The notes under the pieces are model-generated. The model did no database searches. It was not told where the DNA came from and saw only the letters and a list, made by a program, of their open reading frames with translations. 64,000 bases of DNA from a virus (taxonomy: Duplodnaviria > Heunggongvirae > Uroviricota > Caudoviricetes), in IMG/VR virus record IMGVR_UViG_3300009285_002354, positions 1-64,000 of that record. One strand, 5' to 3'. The position numbers were made by a program, and so were the translations under genes. Shown here piece by piece: positions 37,201-46,364 of this stretch. Numbering within the stretch: the first letter of the stretch is position 1; each line of letters starts with the position of its first letter.

Positions 37201-37808
37201 AAGAACGCGCAACACAGATTTGTGTAGTTAGCGTAATCCTCACCGACCAGGTCCACGAGCCCGCTGTTGATGCCGTCCCCGTAGAAGATCGTGACATCCT
37301 GCTCGGCAACTCCTCTCGCCGTACGCGCCTTGGGGGTGCCGGAAATCTCCACTATGGTCCCAGAGCCGGCCACTCCGGGCCCGAGATCGATTTGGTGCTT
37401 GCCCGCCCACATTTTCAGGATGTGCCTCTCGCCTTCGCAGATGGAGATCAGGAAGCTGCGATAGTAATATATCGTCTTGGTCTCGCCGCCTCCGCCACCA
37501 CCTTTCCCGCCGCCCTCCTTCACGACGTAATGATTCAAAGGCCCGAGCCAAACGATGTTTCCAGCCATCCGACAAGTTCCATACTCCAAAGGCACAGGAG
37601 GGCCCTTGGCTGCGGATTGCACGGGGTAATTATTGATTTTGGGCATGGCGGATTTGGGGGTCTTGGCCGGAAAGATCATCTGCCCGAGGAAGCTGCCGGC
37701 CATGTAGCCGAGTCCGAAGCCCATGCTTCCGCCGATCGCGCCACCAATGACTCCTCCGACAAGACTGAAACCTACGATTGCCGCTGTTCGTCCTGTTCCG
37801 CTGCTCAT
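34260..37808 (-). CDS. host specificity protein (lambda gpJ-like central tail fibre, Phage-tail_3)
   Basis: 1182 aa. The region ADIIYDLLTHTRRGAGMP...YC... parallels lambda J AWCLWDMLTHPRYGMGK...QYC. Gly-rich N-terminus. Confidence 0.75.
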   Translation of the reverse strand: MSSGTGRTAAIVGFSLVGGVIGGAIGGSMGFGLGYMAGSFLGQMIFPAKTPKSAMPKINNYPVQSAAKGPPVPLEYGTCRMAGNIVWLGPLNHYVVKEGGGKGGGGGGETKTIYYYRSFLISICEGERHILKMWAGKHQIDLGPGVAGSGTIVEISGTPKARTARGVAEQDVTIFYGDGINSGLVDLVGEDYANYTNLCCAFFRNYELGLGDTIPAFVFEVSEDVPLGLIASPGYQMDANYEITAKLGDTFGCRSVDYNAARAIVALQSHPYYSPGEPIYIFDADGTPHDIHFEVPPVGWPTSDINGGIRFSPDGESIYAYISYPFADPWLFRWNARTGALMDSKAVTDSGLPSACLQTDPLGNIYFLGAGTAYPAYRLTRLEPDLQLGDTGTWQAVGTIVQDIGIHMIGTYTDPNTGAIWPVGDGCVCGGTYDSPTGTYIQAKLFDLQTLAVTAGISLGGSLAQAWRAEYVGGYWFVLASYTTSDHHIYQIAPSGAVVNSIAVPEAEFKYDIFRAPGGRLGLTYRDAATGGPAVNVYDSSLNLLSTYYCWNSDFPQASIHGLAGPESVYVHVGDGRDANPADIIYDLLTHTRRGAGMPVSHIDSASFEEIRVYCAENDFLISLSIDQSKPVLDWIQYVCSHFSGFLYWIGGKLYLGAWKDDAPEFALTRDDLVRDGDEPPVQVRKRKYSETFNRVEVAYESREDNYGGAVAVDKDEVDWRYSGKLRKAQIELVGVKRAVLAQKLATRYLIDSMYRFGIYMFRLGYKHALLHVGQVGWLSDGFKIDHQRIRITSISEAKDGKNLEIEAVDDIADLYPDLQRQTQTTLRVPETEVVASDLTEPIITTREDWHDPILHISLAPQDANCDGWYIYISRDGNTYDYLKRVTISGVTGGDANSAGTTLTALKSAKAPTWRRDESFQVSIGTVTDLATDITDREFFDGERLAKIGSEVIAYRTCEESGTPGIWTITTIIRGLHQTEPVAHVAGEAFRTLDVNHDWTFNESDIGRTIYIKACTFYAGAAQSLADVTATEVTIMGNYRRPYGAALVRLASDENDGGLDGYSGETVDVHWNLCGKTAGFNIGSFDSSGTTWKYGDSEALLVPHGGVPWGTYQTDPQIQGVDLVCKDEAGTLIGQRSLGIVSTATITKATDLGGNNPAEIEVMPRYSLRATREESIMVDDNT

Positions 37809-38251
37809 GCGTGCGCCCCCAGCTTCGCCTCAGACAGCCGCCACGTCGCGATCCATCGTCTTCCCCACTTACTGCTTCGCAGGCTACCGACATCGACGCG
37901 CCTACCGGCCTCGATACTGTGTATGAAGGTGGGGAAGCTCGTCAGGACAGCGCTGTGCGCAGGACATTTTCCGAATCGAAAAATCAGGATGTCGCCGCGC
38001 TTGACTTTGTTGTTAGGGATGAGGTCCGCCACCCCGGAAAGCTCGTGCTGGATAAAGTCGTCCGCCATCGCATGAAGGTTCCAATCGTGCGGATAGTACC
38101 GCAGCTTGTAGCCTGCCAGATAGCCCATCTCCTGCAGGCAGCCGATGATCAGACCGGTACAATCACATCCTTGGCGCGTCGTGCCCCTGTGAACGTAGGG
38201 AACGCCGATCCAGTCTCGAGCTTTCGCCGCGAATCGCTCGCCCGGTGTCAC
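37805..38251 (-). CDS. NlpC/P60 cell-wall peptidase (tail-associated, GTA g14 / lambda K-like)
   Basis: GVPYVHRGTTRQGCDCTGLI (catalytic Cys) and a downstream His. Confidence 0.8.
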   Translation of the reverse strand: MTPGERFAAKARDWIGVPYVHRGTTRQGCDCTGLIIGCLQEMGYLAGYKLRYYPHDWNLHAMADDFIQHELSGVADLIPNNKVKRGDILIFRFGKCPAHSAVLTSFPTFIHSIEAGRRVDVGSLRSSKWGRRWIATWRLSEAKLGAHA

Positions 38252-39297
38252 AGCATCGCCTCCTCGACTCGGGGGATGTACAGAAACCCGTAGAATTTAT
38301 CGTCGTTGCCGTACCATGAATGACAGGTTTCGGCTGCGCGACCATCACAGCCCGGATAGATCGTGTATGAATCGCCCGGTGCAATCAGGGCAGGCATAGG
38401 CCACAGAGATGTTAGGGTGAAGCTCAGGTCGCTGAGGATCGGCCTTCGCTGCCCGGCGTTGTCCCCGGTTCGCATATAGAGCTCGCCCCGAGCGAAGAAG
38501 GTCCCATCCTCGCCGGGACTTCCGCTGACTGTGACGCTGCCGCTTGAGCTGGTGAGGACTTCGCCGTTGGCAAACTGTGCCCCGCTCAATTCGCAGTACC
38601 AGAGTCTTCCGGAAGCGTCATCCTCGTACATGATATTGACGACCTGGGCTGTTCCGCCGCTTCCGGTGATCGTCTGGCCCTTTGCGATCTTGGCCCCTAG
38701 GTCGCCATCAGTGAATTGTGCCTTGTAGAGGATCCCGCGACCCGTGTCCGTGAGAATGGTGCGACTGCCCGTTGTGGCTGCGCCCATGTAGCTGAAACTG
38801 CTCTGATCGAGCCCGCAGTTGTCGTCGAAGACGAACCAGTTGCACGGCTCTTGGTAAGTATTTCTAGGGACTTGGATATTCAGGGAATCGATCCAGGGCT
38901 TCAATTCCAGGATCAGGATGTCCCGGTTGAACTCCACGTCCGCCATACCAACGAAAAGAGGGACCTCCTTATCCGCAGCGTAGGTACTTCCCCGAACGAT
39001 CTGTTTGATCGTCAGCCAGGCAGCGTCGAGGTTGTTCTGCTGAAGATACTCAACCACGTCTCCAGTGAGACAGCCCATGTAGACCTTGCAGGTATCCATT
39101 TCCAAATTGATCCCGAACCGGATGGGATCGCGGTTGATTGCAGCGGGGATGTAGGTGTGGCCATTCCAGATGATCGCCATATGATGACTCGTGAAGTAGT
39201 ACGTGGTGCCGTCTCGCATCGCGACGTCGTACAACTCCGCCAACCGCACTAGCGAAGTCTCGAAACTCAGGGACAGACTTTGGGATACGTCTCTCAC
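38248..39297 (-). CDS. phage BR0599/DUF2163-family tail protein (GTA g13-like)
   Basis: C-terminal PGCDGRAAETCHSWYGNDDKFYGFLYIPR motif. Gene order matches g12-g13-g14-g15. Confidence 0.6.
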   Translation of the reverse strand: MRDVSQSLSLSFETSLVRLAELYDVAMRDGTTYYFTSHHMAIIWNGHTYIPAAINRDPIRFGINLEMDTCKVYMGCLTGDVVEYLQQNNLDAAWLTIKQIVRGSTYAADKEVPLFVGMADVEFNRDILILELKPWIDSLNIQVPRNTYQEPCNWFVFDDNCGLDQSSFSYMGAATTGSRTILTDTGRGILYKAQFTDGDLGAKIAKGQTITGSGGTAQVVNIMYEDDASGRLWYCELSGAQFANGEVLTSSSGSVTVSGSPGEDGTFFARGELYMRTGDNAGQRRPILSDLSFTLTSLWPMPALIAPGDSYTIYPGCDGRAAETCHSWYGNDDKFYGFLYIPRVEEAML

Positions 39298-39953
39298 AGC
39301 ACCTCCATGATTCGAAGGTTGCCGTAGTCATATAGAGGTTCCGAGGCCATCTGGGTGTCCTCCAAAACATCTTCCGCGAATCGCACTCGGAAGTAGTATT
39401 CGAACGTGCAGGTCAAGACCCCTGCTGACGGCGCAGCGCCGAAGGTGAGCACCCCTGTGGTATCATCCAGAGTATATTGATTGGCGCCGGGCGAGGACGG
39501 GACCTCCGTTTGCGCACCGTCGATTGAATGAGTAACGACAGGGGCATAAATGCTCCCGGGCACGATGTCTTTTTTGTCCTCCGACCACTCATAGGTCTCT
39601 CCTGTGTAATACACAGCCTTGAGTTGGTAGGTGGTGTCACTTCCGTCCGTGGCGATGCTTACGACACTAGCAAGGTATTCATCATCGTCCAGCCAGAGGA
39701 ACGTATCATAGGAGCCTCGCGCAGCATCGAAGATCTCGCGGACCTTATCCCTGCCTGCCTTGTCCATGAGGGACCAGTTGATGAGCCATTCGCGGATGGG
39801 CCGATCCAGGACCTGGCCCCGCTGCTCGACTTCGCTGTCGTACTTGACGATATCCGTCTTCCATCGGCGAATCTTGCGGACGGGCAGACCCTGCGAGAAT
39901 CCAGTAAAACTGGCCCCCTCCACCAGAGCCTTCATTTTGAGAGTCAGACTCAT
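39294..39953 (-). CDS. DUF2460-family distal tail protein (GTA g12-like)
   Basis: Position directly after the tape measure gene, and its size. Weak motif recall. Confidence 0.5.
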   Translation of the reverse strand: MSLTLKMKALVEGASFTGFSQGLPVRKIRRWKTDIVKYDSEVEQRGQVLDRPIREWLINWSLMDKAGRDKVREIFDAARGSYDTFLWLDDDEYLASVVSIATDGSDTTYQLKAVYYTGETYEWSEDKKDIVPGSIYAPVVTHSIDGAQTEVPSSPGANQYTLDDTTGVLTFGAAPSAGVLTCTFEYYFRVRFAEDVLEDTQMASEPLYDYGNLRIMEVL

Positions 39954-42844
39954 CGCTCGCTCCTTCGAGACGGATGGTTTCCGGTCTGCGCATCACTCAC
40001 CATCGAGGCGATCGGTCGCTTGTACCTTTCCAGGAACTGATAGACCCCCGCCGCGTCGATGGCGGAGACATTGATTTGAATCGGTCGGCTCGCCACAGGG
40101 GATGGCTCAGGAACCGCAAGGACTCTTCGGAGTCGCGACGTCAAGTCCTGATCCAGCACACCCTCTCCGGGTGTCAGCATCGCAGGGACCGTATCCGTTC
40201 CTTTTGGCGTGAATAGGCCGGACGAAGCGTACACGAGGCCGCCACGCGAGAAGGTCGGGTTGTAGGTCAGCCCGGGCTCGGCCGTCTGACCGATCGGGGC
40301 GCCACCTCCGCCCCACCCGCCGCCTCCACCAGCGGCCATACCGCCGAAACTGCCCACCAGGTTCCCGACAAAGCCTTCGACCTGCTTGCCCATAGTCGCT
40401 TGGTAAACGGCGCGTGCCATGGACTCTGCAACGGCGTTCGCGATGTTCTCCATGTACTGCTGCCAGTTCTTTGCATCCCTAGTGATGGAGACAAAGGCGT
40501 CCTCGAAGGAGCCGGAGATTTGCTTGGCGGCGTTCTGCCAGACCTCGACCAGCCTCTGGTTCTCCATCGATTTCCTGATTCGTGCTTCTTGCTCAGCAGT
40601 GAGCTCAATCCCCTTTTCCAGGAACTGATTGACGACCTTCTGGAGTTCCGCTTCCTGGTATTTGCCCTGATTGATGAGCTTCAAGACCTCCGCTTCGCGT
40701 TCGAGGCCGTTGAGGTACTGCTTGACCTCGAATTGCTGCTGCTGGTAGATTATCTTACTGGCACGCGCCTCTTCTTCGGTGAGAAGGCTTGTGACCTTCC
40801 CTTCCTCTCGCAGCTTATTGAGAAGCTTCTGGTACTCTACATCCTGCTGCTTTCCATCAACGGCGAGCCCCTGAAGTTCGACCTCCTTTTCAAGGGTCTT
40901 GAGATAAGTATCTATGGCGGCAGTCTCGGTATTTTTCAGGTTCGGATCTCTTTTGCCAGCGTCTTCAAACGCTTGATTCATGTCCGTCGCCTGCTGATTC
41001 ATCCCCTCCGCAGCGTACCCGTAGAAGGCAGCGAGCGCGTCGGTTTCAGTCTTGATTTCCTGGACGATGGACCGTATGGCACTCTTCTGCTTCTCCGCGC
41101 CTTCGGCGGCGTAGCCATAGAAGGCCGCGAGCGCGTCCGTTTCGGTCTTGACGTCTTGACTGAGAGCTTGTGCAAGCTGCTTGGAATCGGCCATGAGCGG
41201 AGTTAGCTTCTCTCTCATTTCTCCGAGCAATGCCCCGAGCCGCCGATCCACCCTCAAGCCCCAGTCTTTCGATTCTGCTTCCTCGGCCAACATCTCGTTC
41301 AATTTCTTGACTGCAAGATCACCTCCGTGTCTAACGTCTATCGCCTTGGCGATTCCCATCGAGATCGAGTCTGCAATGGCCGTGCCGATTTCTTTCCCAA
41401 TGTCTTTCGCTAGGAAGATTCCGGCAATGGCGCCCTTCAGAATCCACATGGGAATGCGTTTCCCAATTTCCGTGAGAGCCTCTTCCAAAACGATTGCCAC
41501 GGCCTGGACAGTGGTTCGCACGATGATCCTGACCGCCTCGCCTGATTGGGTCCAACCCGTCAGGTACTCCGTCTTGAGAAACTCGACCACCGCCCTGAAG
41601 GCCCGAATGACAGACAATGCGGCCTGGCCCACCTTGTCGGCCCACGCCACGATAGTCGCTTGGTTCTCGATCAGCGAGTCACGGAGACCCGTGAGGTACT
41701 CTTGGATCGCAGGTTTCCACTTCTTGTAAACAGCCTGCGCCATATCGACCCACTGATCTTTGATCTGCTTGAGCAGGGGAATGGTGTCTTGTTGCGCAGC
41801 GTTCGCAGCCTCTACATCTTTGGCGAAGTGTTCAGATACGACGCCCGCTCTCGCGAGGACCATCTGCTGCTCTGTCCAAGCTTTCGTATTAGCATCGAGG
41901 CCATTCTTCAGTGCCCAGGTCTTCAGGGCCGCCTCATCAAGATGCAGACCATAGGCTATCAACGGGCGAGTCATCCCCATGAGCCCGGCTCGCATCGCCC
42001 AGATGGCATCCTCTTCCGAGCCGCCCCGCATCGTAGCCACGGCGTAGCCAAGTTCCGTGATCTGCTTCGTGAGATCGACAGCAGCGTTCTCCGCCAAGCC
42101 CGTATTCTTCACGAACAGAAACAGGTCGGCGGCACTGCCGCGAATGTCGTCACTGGACCGCTTCAACCGCGCGCCAAGTTCTTCCGACCATGCGCGGACG
42201 CTCTCGCTCATCCCCCCAAACGCAAGAGTGAACTTCCTCTCCGTCTGCTCCGCGGCGGCGCCGAGTTGAGTAACCTTGGCGATGGTGGCGCCGATCACTC
42301 CCCCGATAATGAGATTGCGGATATTGAAAATCGAGCCAATCGCATTGCGCACCAACTGGAGGGGATGAAGGAGGCTCGACGCCCAACCCTTGAGAATGGA
42401 GGCTGTCTTATTGGCCCAGCCTTCAAGGGCAGAGGTCGCCTTTGTTCGCAGCGTTGAGGCCCACCCGCTGAGGGTTGAACGCGCCTTTTCGGCCCAACCA
42501 TTGAGAGTATCGCTCGCCTTGTAGGTGACCTTTGCGATGGTTTCCTGGAAAGCCGACATTGAGTTCGCGGATCGGTCGGCCCCCTTTGAAAATTCCTTAA
42601 GGGGCCCTTGTGCTTGATTACCGAAGTCCCTCAGTGAAGCTGCGGACCCTTTGGCTCCAGTGGCGGTTGCTTTTGTGAAGCGGCCTAGACTGTCTCTCGC
42701 GCGCGTTGCGGCCCGCTCTGCCTGTGATAAGCCTTGCTGGGCCTGCGTTCCGAAATCCTTGACAATCCCAGTCGCCTTGGCGATATTGCCAGCGAAGTCC
42801 TTGAGATCGGCCACAAGGCGAATGATTACATCACCGGCGTTCAT
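39950..42844 (-). CDS. tail tape measure protein
   Basis: 964 aa, Ala/Glu/Lys-rich coiled coil. Internal duplicated segment IKTETDALAAFYGYAAEG. Gly-rich C-terminal region. Confidence 0.85.
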   Translation of the reverse strand: MNAGDVIIRLVADLKDFAGNIAKATGIVKDFGTQAQQGLSQAERAATRARDSLGRFTKATATGAKGSAASLRDFGNQAQGPLKEFSKGADRSANSMSAFQETIAKVTYKASDTLNGWAEKARSTLSGWASTLRTKATSALEGWANKTASILKGWASSLLHPLQLVRNAIGSIFNIRNLIIGGVIGATIAKVTQLGAAAEQTERKFTLAFGGMSESVRAWSEELGARLKRSSDDIRGSAADLFLFVKNTGLAENAAVDLTKQITELGYAVATMRGGSEEDAIWAMRAGLMGMTRPLIAYGLHLDEAALKTWALKNGLDANTKAWTEQQMVLARAGVVSEHFAKDVEAANAAQQDTIPLLKQIKDQWVDMAQAVYKKWKPAIQEYLTGLRDSLIENQATIVAWADKVGQAALSVIRAFRAVVEFLKTEYLTGWTQSGEAVRIIVRTTVQAVAIVLEEALTEIGKRIPMWILKGAIAGIFLAKDIGKEIGTAIADSISMGIAKAIDVRHGGDLAVKKLNEMLAEEAESKDWGLRVDRRLGALLGEMREKLTPLMADSKQLAQALSQDVKTETDALAAFYGYAAEGAEKQKSAIRSIVQEIKTETDALAAFYGYAAEGMNQQATDMNQAFEDAGKRDPNLKNTETAAIDTYLKTLEKEVELQGLAVDGKQQDVEYQKLLNKLREEGKVTSLLTEEEARASKIIYQQQQFEVKQYLNGLEREAEVLKLINQGKYQEAELQKVVNQFLEKGIELTAEQEARIRKSMENQRLVEVWQNAAKQISGSFEDAFVSITRDAKNWQQYMENIANAVAESMARAVYQATMGKQVEGFVGNLVGSFGGMAAGGGGGWGGGGAPIGQTAEPGLTYNPTFSRGGLVYASSGLFTPKGTDTVPAMLTPGEGVLDQDLTSRLRRVLAVPEPSPVASRPIQINVSAIDAAGVYQFLERYKRPIASMVSDAQTGNHPSRRSER

Positions 42845-43142
42845 CTCGGTAGCCTTTCAGCCATCCGTCGAATGGAGATGGCATGCCAGCCGCGTCCCAT
42901 GCGTCCGCCTCCTCCTTCGTCAATCGCATCCCGCTGGCCAGACTGCTCTTCTCGCCATGGTGCGACTTGCCGAACTGCCGCACCTGGTGGTTGATATCCC
43001 TGTCGGCCTGAGATGGCTCCTTGACACCGAAGAAAGCGAACAGCACTTGCCGCAGCTTCTCCAAAGTCACGTCGGGTTCCGGCAACGTGCTTCGGTACGC
43101 GTGCATCTGCGCCAAGTAGTGCTCCATCTGCTGGAGCGTCAC
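42831..43142 (-). CDS. tail assembly chaperone T extension (expressed as a G-T fusion by a -1 frameshift)
   Basis: In the -1 frame relative to the upstream G ORF. Continuous with it after a slip at the A_AAA_AAC heptamer. Confidence 0.7.
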   Translation of the reverse strand: MTLQQMEHYLAQMHAYRSTLPEPDVTLEKLRQVLFAFFGVKEPSQADRDINHQVRQFGKSHHGEKSSLASGMRLTKEEADAWDAAGMPSPFDGWLKGYRDERR

Positions 43143-43180
43143 TGCTTGGATGTCGCGCGGTGTCCAGCCGAACGCCCGAC

Positions 43181-43564
43181 TCAGGTGATACTCGATGGCT
43201 GGCCAGTCGATTCCGCCTGAGCCATCTCCGGCTTCTGTGAGTTTTTTGGTTCGAACTGGAACGGCGTCGCGCGTCTGAAAACGTCCAGGAAATCCGTCAA
43301 ACTCAAGGCGTCCACCTCGGCCTCGGCCTGCTGGGGATCAATCCCAGGACAGGCGGCGATCCGAAGTGACGTGATGAGCAGAGCGAGCTTGGTGACCTCG
43401 ACATTTTCTCCCATCGCGGCCAATTCGTTGGCGACCGCCATGATGGGCTTGCCCATCTTGCGTTCAAGCCATTTTGCGGACCCAATCGTCAAAAGGGAAC
43501 TGAACTCCAGTCCCTTGACGCAGATCCGCTCATTCACAGTGTCTGTTCCGTGGGTTTCGGTCAT
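43181..43564 (-). CDS. tail assembly chaperone G
   Basis: Small ORF between the major tail and tape measure genes. Contains the slippery heptamer near its 3' end. Confidence 0.7.
   Translation of the reverse strand: MTETHGTDTVNERICVKGLEFSSLLTIGSAKWLERKMGKPIMAVANELAAMGENVEVTKLALLITSLRIAACPGIDPQQAEAEVDALSLTDFLDVFRRATPFQFEPKNSQKPEMAQAESTGQPSSIT
43241..43247 (-). promoter_or_regulatory. programmed -1 ribosomal frameshift slippery heptamer A_AAA_AAC
   Basis: Zero-frame codons CCA AAA AAC. The -1 frame reads ...LTEAGDG...AVTLQQMEHYLAQMHAY into ORF 42831..43142. Confidence 0.75.
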
Positions 43565-43580
43565 GGGGCGGTTCCTCTGA

Positions 43581-44150
43581 TTAACTGGTCTGTTCGTAGA
43601 TGATGCCGATGCGGTCGCCTTCGGCGCGAGTGGTGTCGAGCAGGGCTTGGAATTCCAGCGTCTGCAACGAGACGTCTTCCTCTTTGAAGGCGTAGTCGAT
43701 ATTGGTGACGCACTGCGCCTTGTAGAGGATGATGACCACCTTGTTCCCGTTGGGCCGAGTGTGCTCCAGCTTCAACGTGAAATCGTTGATCGTCTTGGTA
43801 TCGCCGAGCTTGAGGGAGTCCCACTTATCTGCGGCGTCCACGGTGAACGACAGACTCGACCCCAGGCCCGTAGGCACAAAGCTGGCGGTGATGCTGGTCG
43901 TGACGCCCATCGCGAGCTTGAGATTTGACAATCGCAGTTCCGCCGCTGTGCAGGTGATCTTGAAGGCTTCCGAGATGCGGAAGTACTTCACCGGCGACAA
44001 CTCATCCGCCGGCTTGAACGGAACATACCCTCGCTCACATGTGAAGCTGACGTCCCCCTTGACGTGTCCGACATCGATCCCGTCGATCCAGATTTTGGCC
44101 GAACCGAGTGTTACCAGATCGGTTCGCTTATCCTGAGCTGGCACTCCCAT
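43581..44150 (-). CDS. major tail protein
   Basis: 189 aa, immediately upstream of the G/GT chaperones. Beta-rich composition. Confidence 0.6.
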   Translation of the reverse strand: MGVPAQDKRTDLVTLGSAKIWIDGIDVGHVKGDVSFTCERGYVPFKPADELSPVKYFRISEAFKITCTAAELRLSNLKLAMGVTTSITASFVPTGLGSSLSFTVDAADKWDSLKLGDTKTINDFTLKLEHTRPNGNKVVIILYKAQCVTNIDYAFKEEDVSLQTLEFQALLDTTRAEGDRIGIIYEQTS

Positions 44151-45135
44151 AATCTGCCGTCCTTTCCGCGCGTGCCAGGACTCCCCGGATCACCGCGTCG
44201 TACTGCGCCGCGATCTTTTTGATGTCGTGATGCTCGACGGCGAAGTCGCGGCCGTTCTGCGATAACTGCCTATACAGGTCGGGTTCTCGCATCAAACGTC
44301 GGACGGCGTTGCAGATCTGTTCTGTGGTTTCAGGTGATGCTGTTTCAGGGTCGCGCGTAATATACACTACGTTCTCGTAGTCTGTCAACAATTCTCCGTG
44401 AAATCCGACTTTTGTAATAATTACCGGTACACCACAAGCCAGGGCCTCCGTGACCACGTTGGAGCACCCTTCCCCCTGGGAAGGCAAAATCAGGGCGTCG
44501 ATCTCGTGGTAGAACTTCTCCGGCATCTCCTCGTGGGGGATTTGGCTATGCCGATAGAGGACGCTTTTGTGCTGGACGCCGTCCACCATGAGATCAATCC
44601 CGGCCTGGACGAAGAACTTCCAGCCTTTGTATGCCCCCCCCATACCATCGATATTGCCTGCAAAACCGATGGTAAAGGGCCTGTCCGGGCGGTCCGGGAA
44701 GCAGGGGCGCGGCTTGAAATGATCCAAATCCACCCCGTTCGGGATGACCGTCGTGTTCGGGTTCACGGGCCGGGCGAAGCTCGCCAGTTGCTCGTTCGTG
44801 GCGATGATGGCGCCGACGTTCCTGAAATCTTCTGCGTAACGGTTTGGATCGAGATTCGGTTGCATCTGCAAACCTCCTATGCGTAAGACAGTCTTTTCCC
44901 GGTGCTCGATGTAGCGGATTCCATCGTGGTTCTGGGGCATGAGGATGTCGAAATGCTCCTCCAGCCCTTTACCCACAGGGAATATCAACGTGGCGCCACA
45001 GCCCGGATTTTCACAGAAAAACAGCCCTCTACGACAGCGTACGAATTCGTAGTGCGGCAGACAGTCAATAAGCTGCCCGATGGCGTTGCCCCAGGACCAG
45101 GACAGTTCGTTCTCGATGGATAAAATGGTCGGCAC
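44128..45135 (-). CDS. GT-B glycosyltransferase (family 1/GT4-like)
   Basis: C-terminal EGCSNVVTEALACGVPVI (E-x7-E class). N-terminal Rossmann segment shared with the three mini-proteins. Confidence 0.8.
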   Translation of the reverse strand: MPTILSIENELSWSWGNAIGQLIDCLPHYEFVRCRRGLFFCENPGCGATLIFPVGKGLEEHFDILMPQNHDGIRYIEHREKTVLRIGGLQMQPNLDPNRYAEDFRNVGAIIATNEQLASFARPVNPNTTVIPNGVDLDHFKPRPCFPDRPDRPFTIGFAGNIDGMGGAYKGWKFFVQAGIDLMVDGVQHKSVLYRHSQIPHEEMPEKFYHEIDALILPSQGEGCSNVVTEALACGVPVIITKVGFHGELLTDYENVVYITRDPETASPETTEQICNAVRRLMREPDLYRQLSQNGRDFAVEHHDIKKIAAQYDAVIRGVLARAERTADYGSASSG

Positions 45136-45270
45136 GGTACGTCTCCTTGAACCAAAGGGGTTCCCGGAGGCGTTTCAGGTCGGGAATCAGTGTAGCCGGT
45201 TCCAATCGCACATCAAGAGCATTGATCTATCATAGGTACATTTTGTACCCCCAAACAAGGATAGTTGACG

Positions 45271-45513
45271 TCAATGGCCAGCAAACAATTTGATAGCGTT
45301 CAGGTTCAAAATGACCTTCTTCGACCGTCTGAAGAACTGGAACAGTCTCGGGTCCGGGCAGACGATCACATCGGCCCCCAGAAGCGGCAGGAAGCCCTCC
45401 CGCGAGTAGCAGACAAATCGATGCTCGTATTGAGGCAGGCGACCTGCAATGGCAACGGCCCTATTCTCATATGCCCATCCGGGTTGATCCGTGATCCACG
45501 CTATGATCGGCAT
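45271..45513 (-). CDS. GT4 N-terminal-domain-like mini-protein, paralog 1
   Basis: MPIIAWITDQPGWAYENRAVAIAGRLPQYEHRF, compared with 48046..48324 and 49916..50236. Confidence 0.4.
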   Translation of the reverse strand: MPIIAWITDQPGWAYENRAVAIAGRLPQYEHRFVCYSREGFLPLLGADVIVCPDPRLFQFFRRSKKVILNLNAIKLFAGH

Positions 45514-46364
45514 ATATGCTCCACGGCCCATTCCGAGCACTTGTGATCCTTGTGGGTCTCGTCGATCAAGACTTCAAATTCCCCGCCCAGGCCGATTTCC
45601 TTGAGGCGGTCCTGAATCAGGGGTACATATTGCAGAGCAGCGTCCCCTGCGAAGCAAGCGGGATCGAAACGGTTGAACACCTGCACCTGCTTGCGCCCTA
45701 CGGACGCTAGAACGAAGCGGTCCATGTAGCTCGCAATCTGGTAGAGGGGATCGTACTGCTGCTCGAAATCCCCGATCTCTGCCGCCCCTCTGAGAATGCG
45801 CGGCCAGACCCCGGCTACCGGAATAGAGAGCTTGACCCGCTCATCGATGGCGGCATAGAGGGAAGCCGACCAACCGCCCCCGGAGACGCCCGCGATGGCG
45901 GTTTGCTCGTATGCCCCAGTGGCATAATCGCAGAGAACCATCCACGGGAACACGAAGGGTTCTATCGGGGTGGGCAGTTGCGCGAAGTCCTCATGGGACG
46001 TCAATGAGCGCCCCTCCCATGATCCGGCCGAATTCGGCTCGTACAAAGGCATGGCCATTGCGATGACGTCCCACCCGTGATTCAGAAAGGCACCGATCGC
46101 TTCACTGCTGTGTCGATAATGCCCCGCGTGGCCCTCGCAGTAGATCAAGGCCCGCTTTCCCTTACTGCGATAGTAGCCGGCCACATATCGCATCCCATAG
46201 GGCCCATCAAATGCTATCTGCCCCGCAGTCACTTCTTCTATGGCCATATCTCTCGGTCGATCGCCAGCAAAGACGAGTTTCGCAAGCTGCGCCCGAACCC
46301 GCCGGACATCCTCCGCTGTATGGATATGCAGAGTTGACTCTAGTTGGGCCGTCAAATCATCCAC
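45501..46364 (-). CDS. alpha/beta hydrolase-fold protein
   Basis: GVSGGGW nucleophile elbow (GxSxG). 287 aa. Confidence 0.6.
   Translation of the reverse strand: MDDLTAQLESTLHIHTAEDVRRVRAQLAKLVFAGDRPRDMAIEEVTAGQIAFDGPYGMRYVAGYYRSKGKRALIYCEGHAGHYRHSSEAIGAFLNHGWDVIAMAMPLYEPNSAGSWEGRSLTSHEDFAQLPTPIEPFVFPWMVLCDYATGAYEQTAIAGVSGGGWSASLYAAIDERVKLSIPVAGVWPRILRGAAEIGDFEQQYDPLYQIASYMDRFVLASVGRKQVQVFNRFDPACFAGDAALQYVPLIQDRLKEIGLGGEFEVLIDETHKDHKCSEWAVEHICRS

Noticed and set aside
35241-38075. Long plus-strand ORFs (411 aa and 495 aa) antisense to the J-like host-specificity gene
   Set aside because: They lie entirely within the well-supported 1182-aa minus-strand gene, have no motifs or RBS, and look like high-GC antisense artefacts. 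The same applies to 53103..54224, 25675..26403, 39528..40040 and 40400..41206.
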